This document shows, one piece after another, positions 19,057-30,625 of a DNA stretch of 64,000 nt. Position 1 is the stretch's first letter; each line of letters opens with the position of its first letter. Where the stretch lies: NCBI GenBank assembly GCA_965208905.1, contig OZ242365.1, forward strand, positions 480,001-544,000, in the 5' to 3' direction. A program made the position numbers and the translations under genes. Under the pieces are notes generated by a model that was not told the DNA's origin, searched no databases, and was given only the letters and a program-made list of their open reading frames with translations. This DNA comes from Nitrosopumilaceae archaeon. GTDB taxonomy: Archaea > Thermoproteota > Nitrososphaeria > Nitrososphaerales > Nitrosopumilaceae.

Positions 19057-20334
19057 ATGTCATCCCGATTACTGGGATATCGTGGTCGAGCAGCAGAACT
19101 ATTACAAAAGTTCAATATATCTGTGGGCGACTACATAACCATAAAGTCTGATGCATCCCATATCGGAGTACTTATGCCCCGGTATCACTACTCGGATGAT
19201 ACACACATCATACTAAAGCTAGACAGTGGGTATAACGTGGGTATATCCATACAAAATGTTGATACTATAACACAGCATGACACGCCAAGCTTGCCAAAAG
19301 ATGACACAACATGCCCAAAGGCAGATGCCAGCCTGCCCAACATACTACTACTCTCTACAGGTGGCACGATTGCTAGCCGTATAGACTACAGAACAGGTGC
19401 AGTAACCCCCACACTAGATGCAGCAGACCTGAGTCAGTCAGTTCCCGAACTATACCGTATGGCAAACATACACCCCCAAGAGATACTATCCGAATACTCT
19501 GAGAACATAACTCCCGAAGACTGGTTGAAGGTGGCCATTCACATACACAATACAGGCGCCAAATACGATGGTGTCGTGGTGGCCCATGGTACAGATACAA
19601 TGCATTACACATCAGCCTTTCTCTCCTTTGCGTTGGCGGGATTTCCCGCCCCCATAATACTGACCGGCTCGCAACGGTCATCAGATAGAGCATCCTCGGA
19701 CGCAACACTAAACCTGATGGGAGCAGTCTCGGCGATACATAACAAAATACCCCGGGGAGTATACATTGCAATGCACAGTGGCACCAGTGATGATATAATA
19801 TCAGTACATGCAGGAACGCGTGTCAGAAAGCATCATACCAGCTCCCGGGGGGCATTCCGTACTATTGGTGGTGCGCCATTATACAGTGTACAGGAGAATC
19901 AAATATACGGAGATACACAGCACGACTATTACCATGATGTCTCGTATACGCCTAGAATAAACATCAGCAGGGATGTAGCTCTGATAAAGTATCATCCTGG
20001 ATTTGATGTATCCATACTGGAGAATTTAATCAGTTCATCATGTCGCGCTGTAATATTTGAGGGTACCGGTTTGGGGCATGTGGGCAGAGAGGCATATGAT
20101 ATAATAAAAAAGATGCGCCAGAGTAACATGTTTGTGGGAATGACATCTCAGTGTATAGATGGTCGTGTGGGCATGACCGTATATGAGAGTGGGCGAGACC
20201 TGTTGCAGTTGGGCATCACACCATTATACGATATGCTCGCAGAGACGGCTTTAGTAAAGATGATGTGGGTGTTAGGAAATGAGTTATCTTGGGATATAAT
20301 GAGTAGGCCGATAGCCTCGGAGATGAAGATATAA
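19057..20334 (+). CDS. gatD: Glu-tRNA(Gln) amidotransferase subunit D
   Basis: KLDSGYNVG, TGGTIASRIDYRTG, HGTDTM, GSQRSSDR; next to gatE. Confidence 0.95.
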   Translation: MSSRLLGYRGRAAELLQKFNISVGDYITIKSDASHIGVLMPRYHYSDDTHIILKLDSGYNVGISIQNVDTITQHDTPSLPKDDTTCPKADASLPNILLLSTGGTIASRIDYRTGAVTPTLDAADLSQSVPELYRMANIHPQEILSEYSENITPEDWLKVAIHIHNTGAKYDGVVVAHGTDTMHYTSAFLSFALAGFPAPIILTGSQRSSDRASSDATLNLMGAVSAIHNKIPRGVYIAMHSGTSDDIISVHAGTRVRKHHTSSRGAFRTIGGAPLYSVQENQIYGDTQHDYYHDVSYTPRINISRDVALIKYHPGFDVSILENLISSSCRAVIFEGTGLGHVGREAYDIIKKMRQSNMFVGMTSQCIDGRVGMTVYESGRDLLQLGITPLYDMLAETALVKMMWVLGNELSWDIMSRPIASEMKI

Positions 20335-22235
20335 TGGAGTTTTGCTTTGGTGATGCAGGTGTTCGGGTGGGTTTGGAGATACACCAACAACTAGACACCG
20401 GTCGAAAGCTCTTTTGTAGTTGTAGTGGCACGGCTCCACCTGGCAAGATGCAACAATTCACACGTAAACTTCGGCCTGTAAAGAGTGAGATGGGCAGGTA
20501 TGATCCAGCTGCGATCTTTGAAGGTAATAGAGACATGGAGATACTGTATCATGCAGATGCCAACAACAGTTGTCTAGTAGAGTGTGATGAGGAGCCGCCA
20601 CATGCGGTGGATACCAACTCCAAAGAGATATCACTGGTGGTGTCTGCCGCACTAAAGTCTACAATATATGAGGAAGTATACACCATGCGCAAGACTGTAA
20701 TAGATGGCTCCAACACCAGTGGTTTTCAGAGAACCATGCTGGTCTCTAGAGGCGGCGCTCTGAATGTAGGGGATATGTCAGTGGGCGTACAGTCGATCTG
20801 CCTTGAGGAAGACTCGGCGCGTGTACTTGGTGAAAGAGATGGCATAAAGGAGTATAATCTAGATAGACTAGGTATTCCACTGATAGAGATAGCACTAGAA
20901 CCCATATCTGGCACACCACGTCAGGTTCGTGTAGCCGCTGAAGGTTTAGGGCGATTACTACGGGGAATAAAGATGGTTGCCCGGGGCATAGGGACAATAC
21001 GTCAGGATGTCAACATATCCGTAAAAGATGGCATGGGGGTTGTAGAAATAAAAGGTTTGCAGCAGTTGGATCAATTGGAACATGTAGTGGAGTATGAGGC
21101 CCGTCGTCAGGCCGGATTGGTCCACATAGCTAAAATGTTAGGCGAGCGGGATATTAAAAGAATAACAGATAATGATATATTTGATATAACAAGTATTGCA
21201 AAAAAATATCAGTCTAAAATCATACAAAAGGCGATAAAACAGGGTCACACAATATCATGTATACGCATACGTAATTTTGCAGGTATTTTGGGATATGAGC
21301 CATACGAGGAGATACGTCTAGGTCGTGAGATAGGACAGTTGGTAAAATATTATGGTGTGGGGGGAATATTCCATACTGATGAGTTACCCAACTATGGTAT
21401 TACAGGGGAAGATGTCAAATTATTGTACAAACATATGGACATGACTACACAGGATGCATTTATCATGGTGGCAGCACCTGCCAAAAAGATGGCCCATGTT
21501 TTGGATTTTATATCGGATAGGATACATACAGCAACCAAAGGAGTCCCGTCTGAGACCAGACTTGCTGTGCCACACGGAAAGACGGTATTTCTGCGGCCTC
21601 GTCCTGGCTCATCGCGCATGTATCCAGAGACCGATATTCCGCCAATTATCATATCACAGGATGACATAATTAAAGCAGAAAAAAATATTCCAGAACCGTG
21701 GGAGCGCATACTGTCAGATACCGCCTCAAAATATCAGATAAACATACAACTGGCAGAACAGTTACTGGACTCGGATTATATGGATGTATTTACTGATATA
21801 ATAAAAGATACAGGCGTCTCACCTGTATTTGTGGCATCCACACTCTGCTCTACAATTACCGAATTAAGCCGAGAAGGACTAAATCCCAAATTATTAAATA
21901 ATAATATAATACTGGAGACGTTCAAACTGCTGCATTCTGGTACAATATCCAAAGAGTCTATTTTAATAATATTTCGTGATATTATGGCGGGTAACTCTAC
22001 TGATGTGCATACAGCAATTCAAAATACAGACACATCTTCACTGTCCGATACTGAAATAAATAATACTTTACAACGTATAATAGACGAAAATTCCTCCCTT
22101 ATACAGAACCAAAGGGAGCGCGCAATACGACCATTAATGGGAATGGCCATGTCAAAACTACGGGGTAAGGCATCTGGTCAAAAGATAAACAGCACACTAG
22201 TAAAGATGCTCAATGATATTATACATGATATCTAA
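20334..22235 (+). CDS. gatE: Glu-tRNA(Gln) amidotransferase subunit E
   Basis: GLEIHQQLDTGRKLFC, DGSNTSGFQRT, RPRPGSSRMYPETD. Confidence 0.96.
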   Translation: MEFCFGDAGVRVGLEIHQQLDTGRKLFCSCSGTAPPGKMQQFTRKLRPVKSEMGRYDPAAIFEGNRDMEILYHADANNSCLVECDEEPPHAVDTNSKEISLVVSAALKSTIYEEVYTMRKTVIDGSNTSGFQRTMLVSRGGALNVGDMSVGVQSICLEEDSARVLGERDGIKEYNLDRLGIPLIEIALEPISGTPRQVRVAAEGLGRLLRGIKMVARGIGTIRQDVNISVKDGMGVVEIKGLQQLDQLEHVVEYEARRQAGLVHIAKMLGERDIKRITDNDIFDITSIAKKYQSKIIQKAIKQGHTISCIRIRNFAGILGYEPYEEIRLGREIGQLVKYYGVGGIFHTDELPNYGITGEDVKLLYKHMDMTTQDAFIMVAAPAKKMAHVLDFISDRIHTATKGVPSETRLAVPHGKTVFLRPRPGSSRMYPETDIPPIIISQDDIIKAEKNIPEPWERILSDTASKYQINIQLAEQLLDSDYMDVFTDIIKDTGVSPVFVASTLCSTITELSREGLNPKLLNNNIILETFKLLHSGTISKESILIIFRDIMAGNSTDVHTAIQNTDTSSLSDTEINNTLQRIIDENSSLIQNQRERAIRPLMGMAMSKLRGKASGQKINSTLVKMLNDIIHDI

Positions 22236-22574
22236 TCATGAAATATTATTATAATCTTCATCAAATGTACTTACGACCCTCTACATTAAAGAGTATACAT
22301 AATGTGTAGGTTTAATTAATTTACAAAATAATTATACAAAATTACTCTATATATGACATACACATGTGATATAGACTAAAGCATAATTATGTACAAATTT
22401 TGTTATTGTCATCTTGGCACTGTATTGGCATTAAAATTCATCAATAATACAATACGTCAGGGATGATTTTGAGTGTGTTTTTTTGTGATTAAAATTACAC
22501 ATAACGGTCACAATAGTAGAGTCGAAAAAGTCACAATATACAATTACATTTGTGTATAATGGAGATAATTGAAT

Positions 22575-24239
22575 TTACATTACAGCTTGTGATGCCTGGT
22601 GGAACATCTGAGACTTGGCACATCCTGCAGCCAACTCGTCTCCAGCGCCACGTCTCATAAGGCCACGGTACAGGCCGTCTTCTAGTTTTACGCCTTCACG
22701 CTCTTCCCACTCTTCGACAGTGATAGAGTACTTTTTCTGTATGCGGTCTCTGTACCATTCGGGTATCACATTAAATGCGCAGAATGGTATTATACGTAAA
22801 TCTGGTGTCAAGTAATGAATGTCACATCTTTGTAGTCGTTCCAAATCCTCGTTGTACTTGTCCTGAAAGTGCATCATACCCAAGAATAGTCCCTTTACGT
22901 GCCATGAGCCCACTGAATCAAATGAGCGCTTCATCAGTATATTGGTAAACATCTTTGCCAAGTCTAAGCCTGCAGGTTGTTTCTTGGTGTCTACAAATGA
23001 CTTTAGTTTGCGGACCACCTCTAACATGGTATAGTACTTGTTCTTGCCAGAGCGAATCTCCTCTGACTTGTCTTCGAATAGTTCTAGCATGCCCTGTATG
23101 TCACAGAATTTTGTAATGGGAACAAACTTCTTTGTGTCTTGGTCCTCAAAGACGTATGTTCCGGCACCACATGCAAAGTGTATTGAGAGTTCATACTTTG
23201 GCTTGCTGGAGAACGCCTCTATTACGTTGGTAAGAGGCATGCAAGATGGCACTGGGAACCAATCATCTATGGTTACCTCACCATTTGTCTGCTCTTCAAT
23301 ACGCTGAATACAATCAGGAATGGTAATACGATACTTCTCTCTTTCTTGCTTGCCCATTCGGCCAGTTAGAGAGACAGGTTGAAAGTTTACTGCATGTACA
23401 ACGTCCATGTTCTTTTGGGCGTATCGTATAATGCCGCCTAGTTCATGATCGTTGATTGATTTTATTACTGTGGGAACAAACACAACTGTAGTTCCTGTCT
23501 TACGACAACTATCCAGTGCATATGGAATCTCCCAGTGGTTCTTTGGGTTTGTACGGGGTGTTACACCATCAAAACTCAAATACAGATTATTGCAGCCTGC
23601 AAGTCTGACCTCTCGGGCAGCTTCTGGGTCCATGGCGTGTCGTATTCCGTTGGTGTTCATTTGTATGTGATCTACACCCTCTTCTTTCATGATTTTAATG
23701 ACATCTGTAATGTCTTCTCTAAGCATGGGTTCGCCGCCCGTTATTTGTATGGAGTTACCGGCAATGGGCCTCTCTGCCTTTAATGTCTTCATCATTGCCC
23801 GTACTTGGTCGTGCTCTGGTTCGTACATGTAAGCACCCTCTAATCCTTTCTTGACGTAAAAGAAGCAATACCAGCATGTCAAGTCACATCTATTTGTAAC
23901 AATCATGTTGGCCAGACCACTATGTGAGAGGTGGTTGGAGCATAAGCCACAATTGTTTGGACAAGCGCACTTTTCAATCATTACATTGGGCGCATGTGCA
24001 CCCTTGCCATCCATCCAATACGTAGAGAACTTGTTATACATCTCATATGACCCAAAATACAGCTCTTCGCATTCACCATGACTGGGGCATGTCTTTGTCA
24101 TGTAGACGCGACCATCCCTTTCAAAGATCTCGGCATCAAGTATCATGTTACAGTCTGGACAAATGCTCTGTGTAAACCGAATAGTTGACTTCTTTGCCAG
24201 ATTCTTTACACTTTGATTGGATATCTGTATTAGAGACAT
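22575..24239 (-). CDS. tes: Tetraether lipid synthase (GDGT macrocyclising radical SAM enzyme)
   Basis: N-terminal TQSICPDC...KTCPSHG, CPNNCGLC, SAM motif CDLTCWYC, C-terminal RCDIHY...IPFC. Confidence 0.9.
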   Translation of the reverse strand: MSLIQISNQSVKNLAKKSTIRFTQSICPDCNMILDAEIFERDGRVYMTKTCPSHGECEELYFGSYEMYNKFSTYWMDGKGAHAPNVMIEKCACPNNCGLCSNHLSHSGLANMIVTNRCDLTCWYCFFYVKKGLEGAYMYEPEHDQVRAMMKTLKAERPIAGNSIQITGGEPMLREDITDVIKIMKEEGVDHIQMNTNGIRHAMDPEAAREVRLAGCNNLYLSFDGVTPRTNPKNHWEIPYALDSCRKTGTTVVFVPTVIKSINDHELGGIIRYAQKNMDVVHAVNFQPVSLTGRMGKQEREKYRITIPDCIQRIEEQTNGEVTIDDWFPVPSCMPLTNVIEAFSSKPKYELSIHFACGAGTYVFEDQDTKKFVPITKFCDIQGMLELFEDKSEEIRSGKNKYYTMLEVVRKLKSFVDTKKQPAGLDLAKMFTNILMKRSFDSVGSWHVKGLFLGMMHFQDKYNEDLERLQRCDIHYLTPDLRIIPFCAFNVIPEWYRDRIQKKYSITVEEWEEREGVKLEDGLYRGLMRRGAGDELAAGCAKSQMFHQASQAVM

Positions 24240-24930
24240 TAATCAAATAACATGTTGATTTGATATATAAGAAATATCCAACTTATAACACTCTGAAAAG
24301 TGGGTTCTGTCGCAAACGCCGTTGATGTGACATCATACACATCACCCTAAAGTTGAACTACACGTACCCTTACAGACACCACACCTTTGACTTTGGTCCA
24401 TGTTTGACGCTTTGCAGGATGTCCACCGATGACCGTACGGCTAACCATACGGTCAGTGGTGAGGCCACCCTCCACGTCCTGCTGCCCAATATCTGTGGCC
24501 GTGCCGATATAATCTGGCAATGTCTATAAACTCTTGATAAAACGTCGCGGTAGGCCGAGCTCCTTTCGACCTCGTTTTCGATATTGCGTTCCGCGTTGAT
24601 ATCTGCATGATGAATGAATCCGCATGAGATGCATCAGAATAGTCTACCACACCGACTATTCTAGTCTATATTGCAGACACAACGAACACATCTGGCTCGT
24701 GTATACCGGGTTGACACGTATCACCCCCACCCACCAACATGTATAAAGTATGGCGGCAAGCATACCCCAGCCCTGGTTCAGGATAGACTTGTTCAAGCCG
24801 CGCCTTTGCGCGACGTTTGTACCAGCCCAGTGACATCATAATACTGAATAGCAAACTCACCAATGAGTATACAGAGTTCTATAAACTATGTATATAATTC
24901 CCCCTTAAATATACAATATACGATATCATC

Positions 24931-25707
24931 ATGTTGAGCTTTTCAGATAAGACTTACAAAGCATTAAGCCAGGTGGGGTTGACCGACTCGGAGATTCGAG
25001 CGTATGCCGCACTGCTAAAGATAAAAGAGCCTACAGCTTCGGAGCTCAGTAAAAGTGCAAATATTCCATACTCAAAAGTGTACGATGTCCTATCATCACT
25101 GGAAGAGAAGGGGTGGGTGAGCTCCAACAATACCCGACCCACCAGATATATTGCCAAATCTCCATCTACTGGACTTGATACTACAAGACAGAGAAATGAT
25201 GATCGTTTTACCAAACAGCAGGCCATAATACTAAACGAGATAGGGCCACTGTATGAGTCCAGTGACTCCAGCGAGAAGCCAGATATACTGGTGTTGTCCG
25301 GTAGCGCAATTGAGGCCAAGATGTTAGAGGTGGCTCACTCATGTAGGCGCGAGGTTATGATTGCCATACCAGAGACAGGTCAAATGTTAGTACCTCGGGC
25401 CATGCCACGCCTCCAGGCGCTACATGACCGCGGAGTCAACATACGTGTTCTGGCACCTCAAAGTATGAATACAGAGTTTTTAAAGTCATTATCGCGTGTA
25501 TCAACCACAGTCAGGATAAAAAAAGATCTCTTTGGGGGCGGCATAATTTCGGATAATCAATACGTCATGATACTATTGGCGCCTGAACATGTGGGTGCAG
25601 AGGTATCAGATACTGTGGCCATCTGGGCGGATCATGCTGGACTGGCCAAGTTTGCCACCATGTACTTTGAATACTTATTTGAAGGCTCAGAGGCTATACA
25701 ATTATGA
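24931..25707 (+). CDS. TrmB family transcriptional regulator
   Basis: GLTDSE.RAY..L...TASELS...IPYSKVYDVL.SLEEKGWV HTH. Confidence 0.9.
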   Translation: MLSFSDKTYKALSQVGLTDSEIRAYAALLKIKEPTASELSKSANIPYSKVYDVLSSLEEKGWVSSNNTRPTRYIAKSPSTGLDTTRQRNDDRFTKQQAIILNEIGPLYESSDSSEKPDILVLSGSAIEAKMLEVAHSCRREVMIAIPETGQMLVPRAMPRLQALHDRGVNIRVLAPQSMNTEFLKSLSRVSTTVRIKKDLFGGGIISDNQYVMILLAPEHVGAEVSDTVAIWADHAGLAKFATMYFEYLFEGSEAIQL

Positions 25708-26141
25708 CTGATGAGAAGTTATTTGTCGGGACTGCAGAGGCCGAACATGTGGAGATGTACATCAAAGCCATTTGGCACATAACGGAGGCCGGTGAGGAGG
25801 TCAAAGTCAACAGTATTGCCAAAAAACTGAACGTTCGGCAACCAAGTGTTGTTCAGATGCTAAAGAAGTTAAAGGGCATGAATCTAGTTAACTACTCCAA
25901 GGTAGGCGTCAGCCTGACAGATGAGGGCAAAAAAATAGGCTCCAAGATGGTCAGAAATAGCCGTCTCTTGGAGGTGTTGATGGATAGCGCTTTGCGTATC
26001 GATATTGACGAGGAGATGGTGTGTGGTGTTGAACACCACATGAAGGCACAATTCACTGATGCCCTATGTACACTATTAAAACATCCTCGAGTGAGTCCGC
26101 ACGGAAAGATGATACCTCCGGGCAAGTGCTGCCCCAAATAA
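25704..26141 (+). CDS. DtxR/MntR family metal-dependent regulator
   Basis: EMYIKAIW, SVVQMLKKL, RLLE, CGVEHH, PHG.MIP. Confidence 0.9.
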   Translation: MTDEKLFVGTAEAEHVEMYIKAIWHITEAGEEVKVNSIAKKLNVRQPSVVQMLKKLKGMNLVNYSKVGVSLTDEGKKIGSKMVRNSRLLEVLMDSALRIDIDEEMVCGVEHHMKAQFTDALCTLLKHPRVSPHGKMIPPGKCCPK

Positions 26142-26635
26142 ATCGCAGGCTGGCCCACAAGGGTATATCATTAAGGATGTCATCAGGTTGTACTTGATGT
26201 TGTACTTGAGAGTTAATGCAAGAGTCCTCCAGACTTTTAGCATTGGTGCCCAGGAATTTTAACTGCAACATCCCAGATGGAGTGCAGCCTAAAACATAGA
26301 AAAGGTATAATGGGGAGTTATCGACATTATACAACATGGCCTGCTTTTGTGGATGTGACAAATACGTAAAGAATCCAGATGGTTACAGACTTGCCTGTGT
26401 TAATTGTGGTCATGGTCCCCAAAACCATGAAGATGAGTTCCGCATGTCTGCCCGAAAGAATGAGTCTGGTAGCCAAAAACGCGATGTCGATTTTGGCTGA
26501 TGGAGAATCATCCACAAATGTGGGAGGGCTCTGTACTCAAGATCCACATCATCACATCAGTGGGTAGCGTCATCATTGCCCGGTATACACTACACACAAT
26601 AAGCTTGATAAATGGCGCTCTGATATTTCTCAGAA

Positions 26636-27055
26636 ATGGTTGAAGTAGATGTGTCGTGTAGTTTGGAAAGTTTTAGGAGATTTGCCTTTGCCAGTACTTG
26701 TAGATCTTTTGCACCCAGAGTATACTTGAAAGATCCTCAAGTGTTTCCCGAGCGGGATGTGGGCGGCGTCATATACGTTGAGGCAGTGGACAAGGTCACC
26801 TTAAAGAAGATACGTACAATAACATTTGTGAACGTAGTGGATGTGTTAGGCGTCATATACAACTCAAATAGTGGCAGTACATCCATCAAATGGCGACAGA
26901 CTAAAGACTCTACGGGTCGAGCTACAGGGGAGGCATCTACCAACTCACTCAAACATTTGGCCGAGTCTGGCGTCTTGTCCATAGCAGAAGTAGAGACCTA
27001 CGTGGAGAAGTTGGCACAGGCCAAAAACCAGAGAGATGAAGACGCGCAAGATTGA
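26636..27055 (+). CDS. Conserved thaumarchaeal hypothetical protein
   Basis: 139-aa ORF overlapping the pelota start. Confidence 0.7.
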   Translation: MVEVDVSCSLESFRRFAFASTCRSFAPRVYLKDPQVFPERDVGGVIYVEAVDKVTLKKIRTITFVNVVDVLGVIYNSNSGSTSIKWRQTKDSTGRATGEASTNSLKHLAESGVLSIAEVETYVEKLAQAKNQRDEDAQD

Positions 27056-28061
27056 CGCGGACTCAGTAGCGGTTGTTCCTCAAGATGCACATGATATAAT
27101 GATCCTACGCCGAATAATAAGCAAGGGGGACCACATATCTGGCCATACACATTGGGTACTAAAACAAGATCGTGAATACTCTCGTCCCGACAAGGGTGAG
27201 CGTATCAAAGTTATGATGTCCATACATGTAGAGAGGCTATCCTTGGATGATACATTAGATCGACTTAGGATACACGGCCTTGTACATGAGTCTGATAATG
27301 AACACATACCACATGGCACTCACCATTCGTTGTTGGTAAGTATTGGTGATGCCATACGCATAACAAAAAAGATGTGGACACGTACGCACAGAGAGATGCT
27401 AAAGCCGTTGAATCGAGAGGGCTTTGTGTTGGTGGCGATCGATCGGACAGAGTGTGGAGTGGCTAGGTTGTATGGGACACATATACAACATACAGCCAAT
27501 ATAAGATCAGGATTTGGTGGTAAACAGTACCGGACCACATCTGATACCAAGCGATACTTTGGCGATATAGTACAAGCCATCAACACAGTATATCAAAAGG
27601 ATGATAGGGTGATACTGCTGGGACCTGGCCAAACAAAGAACCAGCTCTCCACATATATGAAAATCACCACAGTAATAATCGAGGGAGTTGATACTGGAGG
27701 TGCGGATGGCATACACCTATTCGCCAGATCAGAGTCCTTTAAAGATACGATGGCCGAGTCGCAACTAGTTCAGGCATTAAACATTCTAGATGAAGTGATG
27801 GTCATGGCCGGGCGGAGTAGCCGCCGCTTTACCACCGGTTTTAAGGAGACTGCTGCTGCGGTTAAACTGGGAGCCGTCAAGTCTTTGGCTTACTCCAATG
27901 GCATATTTGGCTCTGTGGATGAGGACTCGGTGGTGTCGCTCTTGAATGAGGCCGAACAGTCTGGCGTCCGGATATATGGTGTGGATTCCAGTACTGATGT
28001 GGGGTTGCGCATAAGCAACTTGGGCGGGGTCATCTCCATACTACGATATGCATTAAATTAA
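27036..28061 (+). CDS. pelA: Pelota/Dom34 ribosome rescue factor
   Basis: RLRIHG...HGTHHS; eRF1-like C-terminus NLGGVISILRY. Confidence 0.9.
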   Translation: MKTRKIDADSVAVVPQDAHDIMILRRIISKGDHISGHTHWVLKQDREYSRPDKGERIKVMMSIHVERLSLDDTLDRLRIHGLVHESDNEHIPHGTHHSLLVSIGDAIRITKKMWTRTHREMLKPLNREGFVLVAIDRTECGVARLYGTHIQHTANIRSGFGGKQYRTTSDTKRYFGDIVQAINTVYQKDDRVILLGPGQTKNQLSTYMKITTVIIEGVDTGGADGIHLFARSESFKDTMAESQLVQALNILDEVMVMAGRSSRRFTTGFKETAAAVKLGAVKSLAYSNGIFGSVDEDSVVSLLNEAEQSGVRIYGVDSSTDVGLRISNLGGVISILRYALN

Positions 28062-28387
28062 CGCGTCACATCAAGGAGCCATTCTGTGTAAGAGTCATTC
28101 ACAGACTCGGCGGGTATCTGCAGTATTTCAGGGGTCTCATATGGGTGATGTCTTTTTATATACTGTACCAAGTGGTCAACGCTCTCTGTGGTGGTTTTGT
28201 ATAGTACCATAAACTCTTGTGTATCCTCAACGTCTCCCTTCCACATGTATATGGATGAGACCTGCGTCACACTGGCACAGGCGGCCAGCTTCTCTTGTAT
28301 TATATCTGTAGAGATACTCTTGGCGGCACCCATATCAGAGAATGTGGATATCACTATAACCATATTGGCTCTGTTCTTTGCTGCCAT
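28058..28387 (-). CDS. cutA: Divalent-cation tolerance protein CutA
   Basis: KLAACA, SIYMWKG, HPYETPEI. Confidence 0.92.
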   Translation of the reverse strand: MAAKNRANMVIVISTFSDMGAAKSISTDIIQEKLAACASVTQVSSIYMWKGDVEDTQEFMVLYKTTTESVDHLVQYIKRHHPYETPEILQIPAESVNDSYTEWLLDVTR

Positions 28388-28463
28388 TCTGTGTTAAATT
28401 GTCTCATCCCATATATTTACATGGAAACTGATAAATGGCCTTTCATTAAAAATTCTACATATT

Positions 28464-29666
28464 GTGGAACTAGACTTTATCACCGAAAATGCCATCATAT
28501 ACGTACTGTTAGCCTGGGTCGTCATATTGGGGGCGGCAAAAGCGCTCAAACTGGAGAACCGGGGTGTGGAGTTGAAATTTTATAGCTTGGTATACAAAAA
28601 TAAAGGCATACAAGATGTCTTAGTTCGCATGTTGGCTAGGACCCGACGGGGCATAAGCGTCTTTGCCAACGTCAGTGTGGTGGCTGGCTTTCTAATGATG
28701 GGATTTGCCTTTTGGTTTTTGCTGAATAATGTAGCAAACTTCTTTGTTCAGCCTCAAAGTTTTGCCGAACTTACCGTATTGATACCTGGAGTCACGCTGA
28801 CCTCCTCGCACTCTATAATGTACTTTTTGCTCTCCATACCCATAGTGTTGGTGATGCATGAAGGTGCCCACGGCATAGTGGCGGCTCTGGAAAAAATAAG
28901 AATAAAGACTGGGGGTTTTGCCATCTTTATAGCAATGTTTGCTGGTTTTGTTGAGCCAGATGAGGATGAGTTCAACAAGGCCAAAAAGATATCCCGCTTA
29001 CGGGTTATAGGTGCGGGTGCCACATCAAATGTCATATTTGCACTGGCTTTAGGGCTCATACTACTCACAAATCCTCTGTTTGCTTTGGTGATGCCCGAGC
29101 CGCTCCTGGGTGTCTTCTATGAGACGCCTGATGGTGTCTTGGTGTTGTCAGTGATAGAGGGATCCGGGGCCGAGTTTGCTGGCATACAGGCAAATGATCT
29201 CATTACGCATGTGAATGGAGTGAGGACGTTCACCGTCATCGACTTTGCCACGTTGAATTTGGCGCCCGGAGATATCGTGCCCGTATCTGTTCTTCGAGAT
29301 GACCAGCCTATGGACTTTGTAGTCGAAATAATGGAGTCGCCAGATGAGCCGGGTCGCGGCCTGATTGGAATTATGCGGGATACAGCACTCTCATACAAAC
29401 CTGTCCTGAACTTTATCACATGGGATAATCATCAACTTTCGATGTTCTTGTTGTGGCTTTGGATGATATCCTTCTTTATTGGCATAATCAATATGCTACC
29501 GCTTCCCATACTAGATGGTGGAAAGTTTATTCATACCATAATTGAAGGACGAATCTCTGAGCAGGCGGTAACAGGAGTCATGTATGGCGTGTACATATTT
29601 ACATTCATACTCTTTGGACTAAATATAGCACTGTCATATCTCAAATCTGGCTGGTTCACCATATGA
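28464..29666 (+). CDS. Site-2 (M50) membrane metalloprotease with PDZ domain
   Basis: HEGAHG, NMLPLPILDGG, multiple TM segments. Confidence 0.92.
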   Translation: MELDFITENAIIYVLLAWVVILGAAKALKLENRGVELKFYSLVYKNKGIQDVLVRMLARTRRGISVFANVSVVAGFLMMGFAFWFLLNNVANFFVQPQSFAELTVLIPGVTLTSSHSIMYFLLSIPIVLVMHEGAHGIVAALEKIRIKTGGFAIFIAMFAGFVEPDEDEFNKAKKISRLRVIGAGATSNVIFALALGLILLTNPLFALVMPEPLLGVFYETPDGVLVLSVIEGSGAEFAGIQANDLITHVNGVRTFTVIDFATLNLAPGDIVPVSVLRDDQPMDFVVEIMESPDEPGRGLIGIMRDTALSYKPVLNFITWDNHQLSMFLLWLWMISFFIGIINMLPLPILDGGKFIHTIIEGRISEQAVTGVMYGVYIFTFILFGLNIALSYLKSGWFTI

Positions 29667-30277
29667 TGTATAATGTACCAGCATGACAATTACTATACTG
29701 GCCGCATGTAAGGCACGGTCCAACTCTTTGGTGGCTTGAGATACATATGCTGTTTCCTGACTTTGTTGTTGGTTTTTTGTGTACCTTGCGCATTGCGATG
29801 CCTGCTGTTTCGCGTACCCCTATCTTTTCGATTGCTGCATTGTGTCTCTCCTTGATGGCCGCCTTTCGTGCAGTACACTCCTTAACTACCGCCTTTTCTG
29901 TTGTTGATTTCACGGCAGCGCGCCTCTCAGTATCGTTCTTCTTTATCTCCACTTTCTGCGCGCGCTCCAATCGCGCAATGTCGCGCCCCCATCTGGTTCG
30001 GGTTGTGCATTCTCGTCTCCACACCGGCTCTCTTGTTGCGGAAGGCGTCACTGGTATCTCGCAGCTGTCCAATATTTGGCAAGTGCAGCTAGCCGGCGTT
30101 ATGCTCTTCTGCAGGATTGGTACGTGTTGGTTTGTGGCGCCGGCCTACCAGTTCTCACTGCGGCGGGTCACATGCTGCCCTGCACTCTGGTGCGGTCCGA
30201 CCATATGGGTGGATGCGCCGTGTGACGCTGCCCCGTTCTTGCAAGAGAACACATAAAGTGAAACGGTTTCATAGTGC

Positions 30278-30625
30278 TTGGTTTCATTTGCAAATCAGGA
30301 GAGGGTGAGATTGAACAGCTACGATCCAATCAAAAAGAAGGTTGAATCCATGGAGCAAGTAACGGCTAGGCCTATGTTTGGCTATCAATGTTTTTTGATA
30401 AAAAGGAAGTTTTTTGTTGGGTTTAGTAGCAAGAATAACCAGCAGATCATCGTTAGGCTTCCTAAGGTCCAGCAGGAAGTTGCAATAAAATCAAATGCAA
30501 TCAAACCGTTCTCGCACGGCGCCAAGATGGGGTGGATTGAGATCGACCCAAAGCTGACTACGATCGCCGACGCCATGAAGTGGATTCTCATAGGATATGA
30601 CAATGCTGCCAAGCTAGCCAAATAG
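30278..30625 (+). CDS. TfoX N-terminal-like small protein
   Basis: RPMFGYQC....KFF...IVRL...MGWIEI pattern; start may be TTG 30311. Confidence 0.6.
   Translation: MVSFANQERVRLNSYDPIKKKVESMEQVTARPMFGYQCFLIKRKFFVGFSSKNNQQIIVRLPKVQQEVAIKSNAIKPFSHGAKMGWIEIDPKLTTIADAMKWILIGYDNAAKLAK

Noticed and set aside
22575-24239. Novel radical SAM enzyme
   Set aside because: Matches the known tetraether synthase Tes, a core gene in these archaea.
26142-26600. Short ORFs between the DtxR-family gene and the conserved hypothetical
   Set aside because: No recognisable motif, TIR or TSD; probably decayed sequence.
29656-30256. 138-aa and 169-aa overlapping ORFs
   Set aside because: No recognisable domain, and the coding strand cannot be decided.
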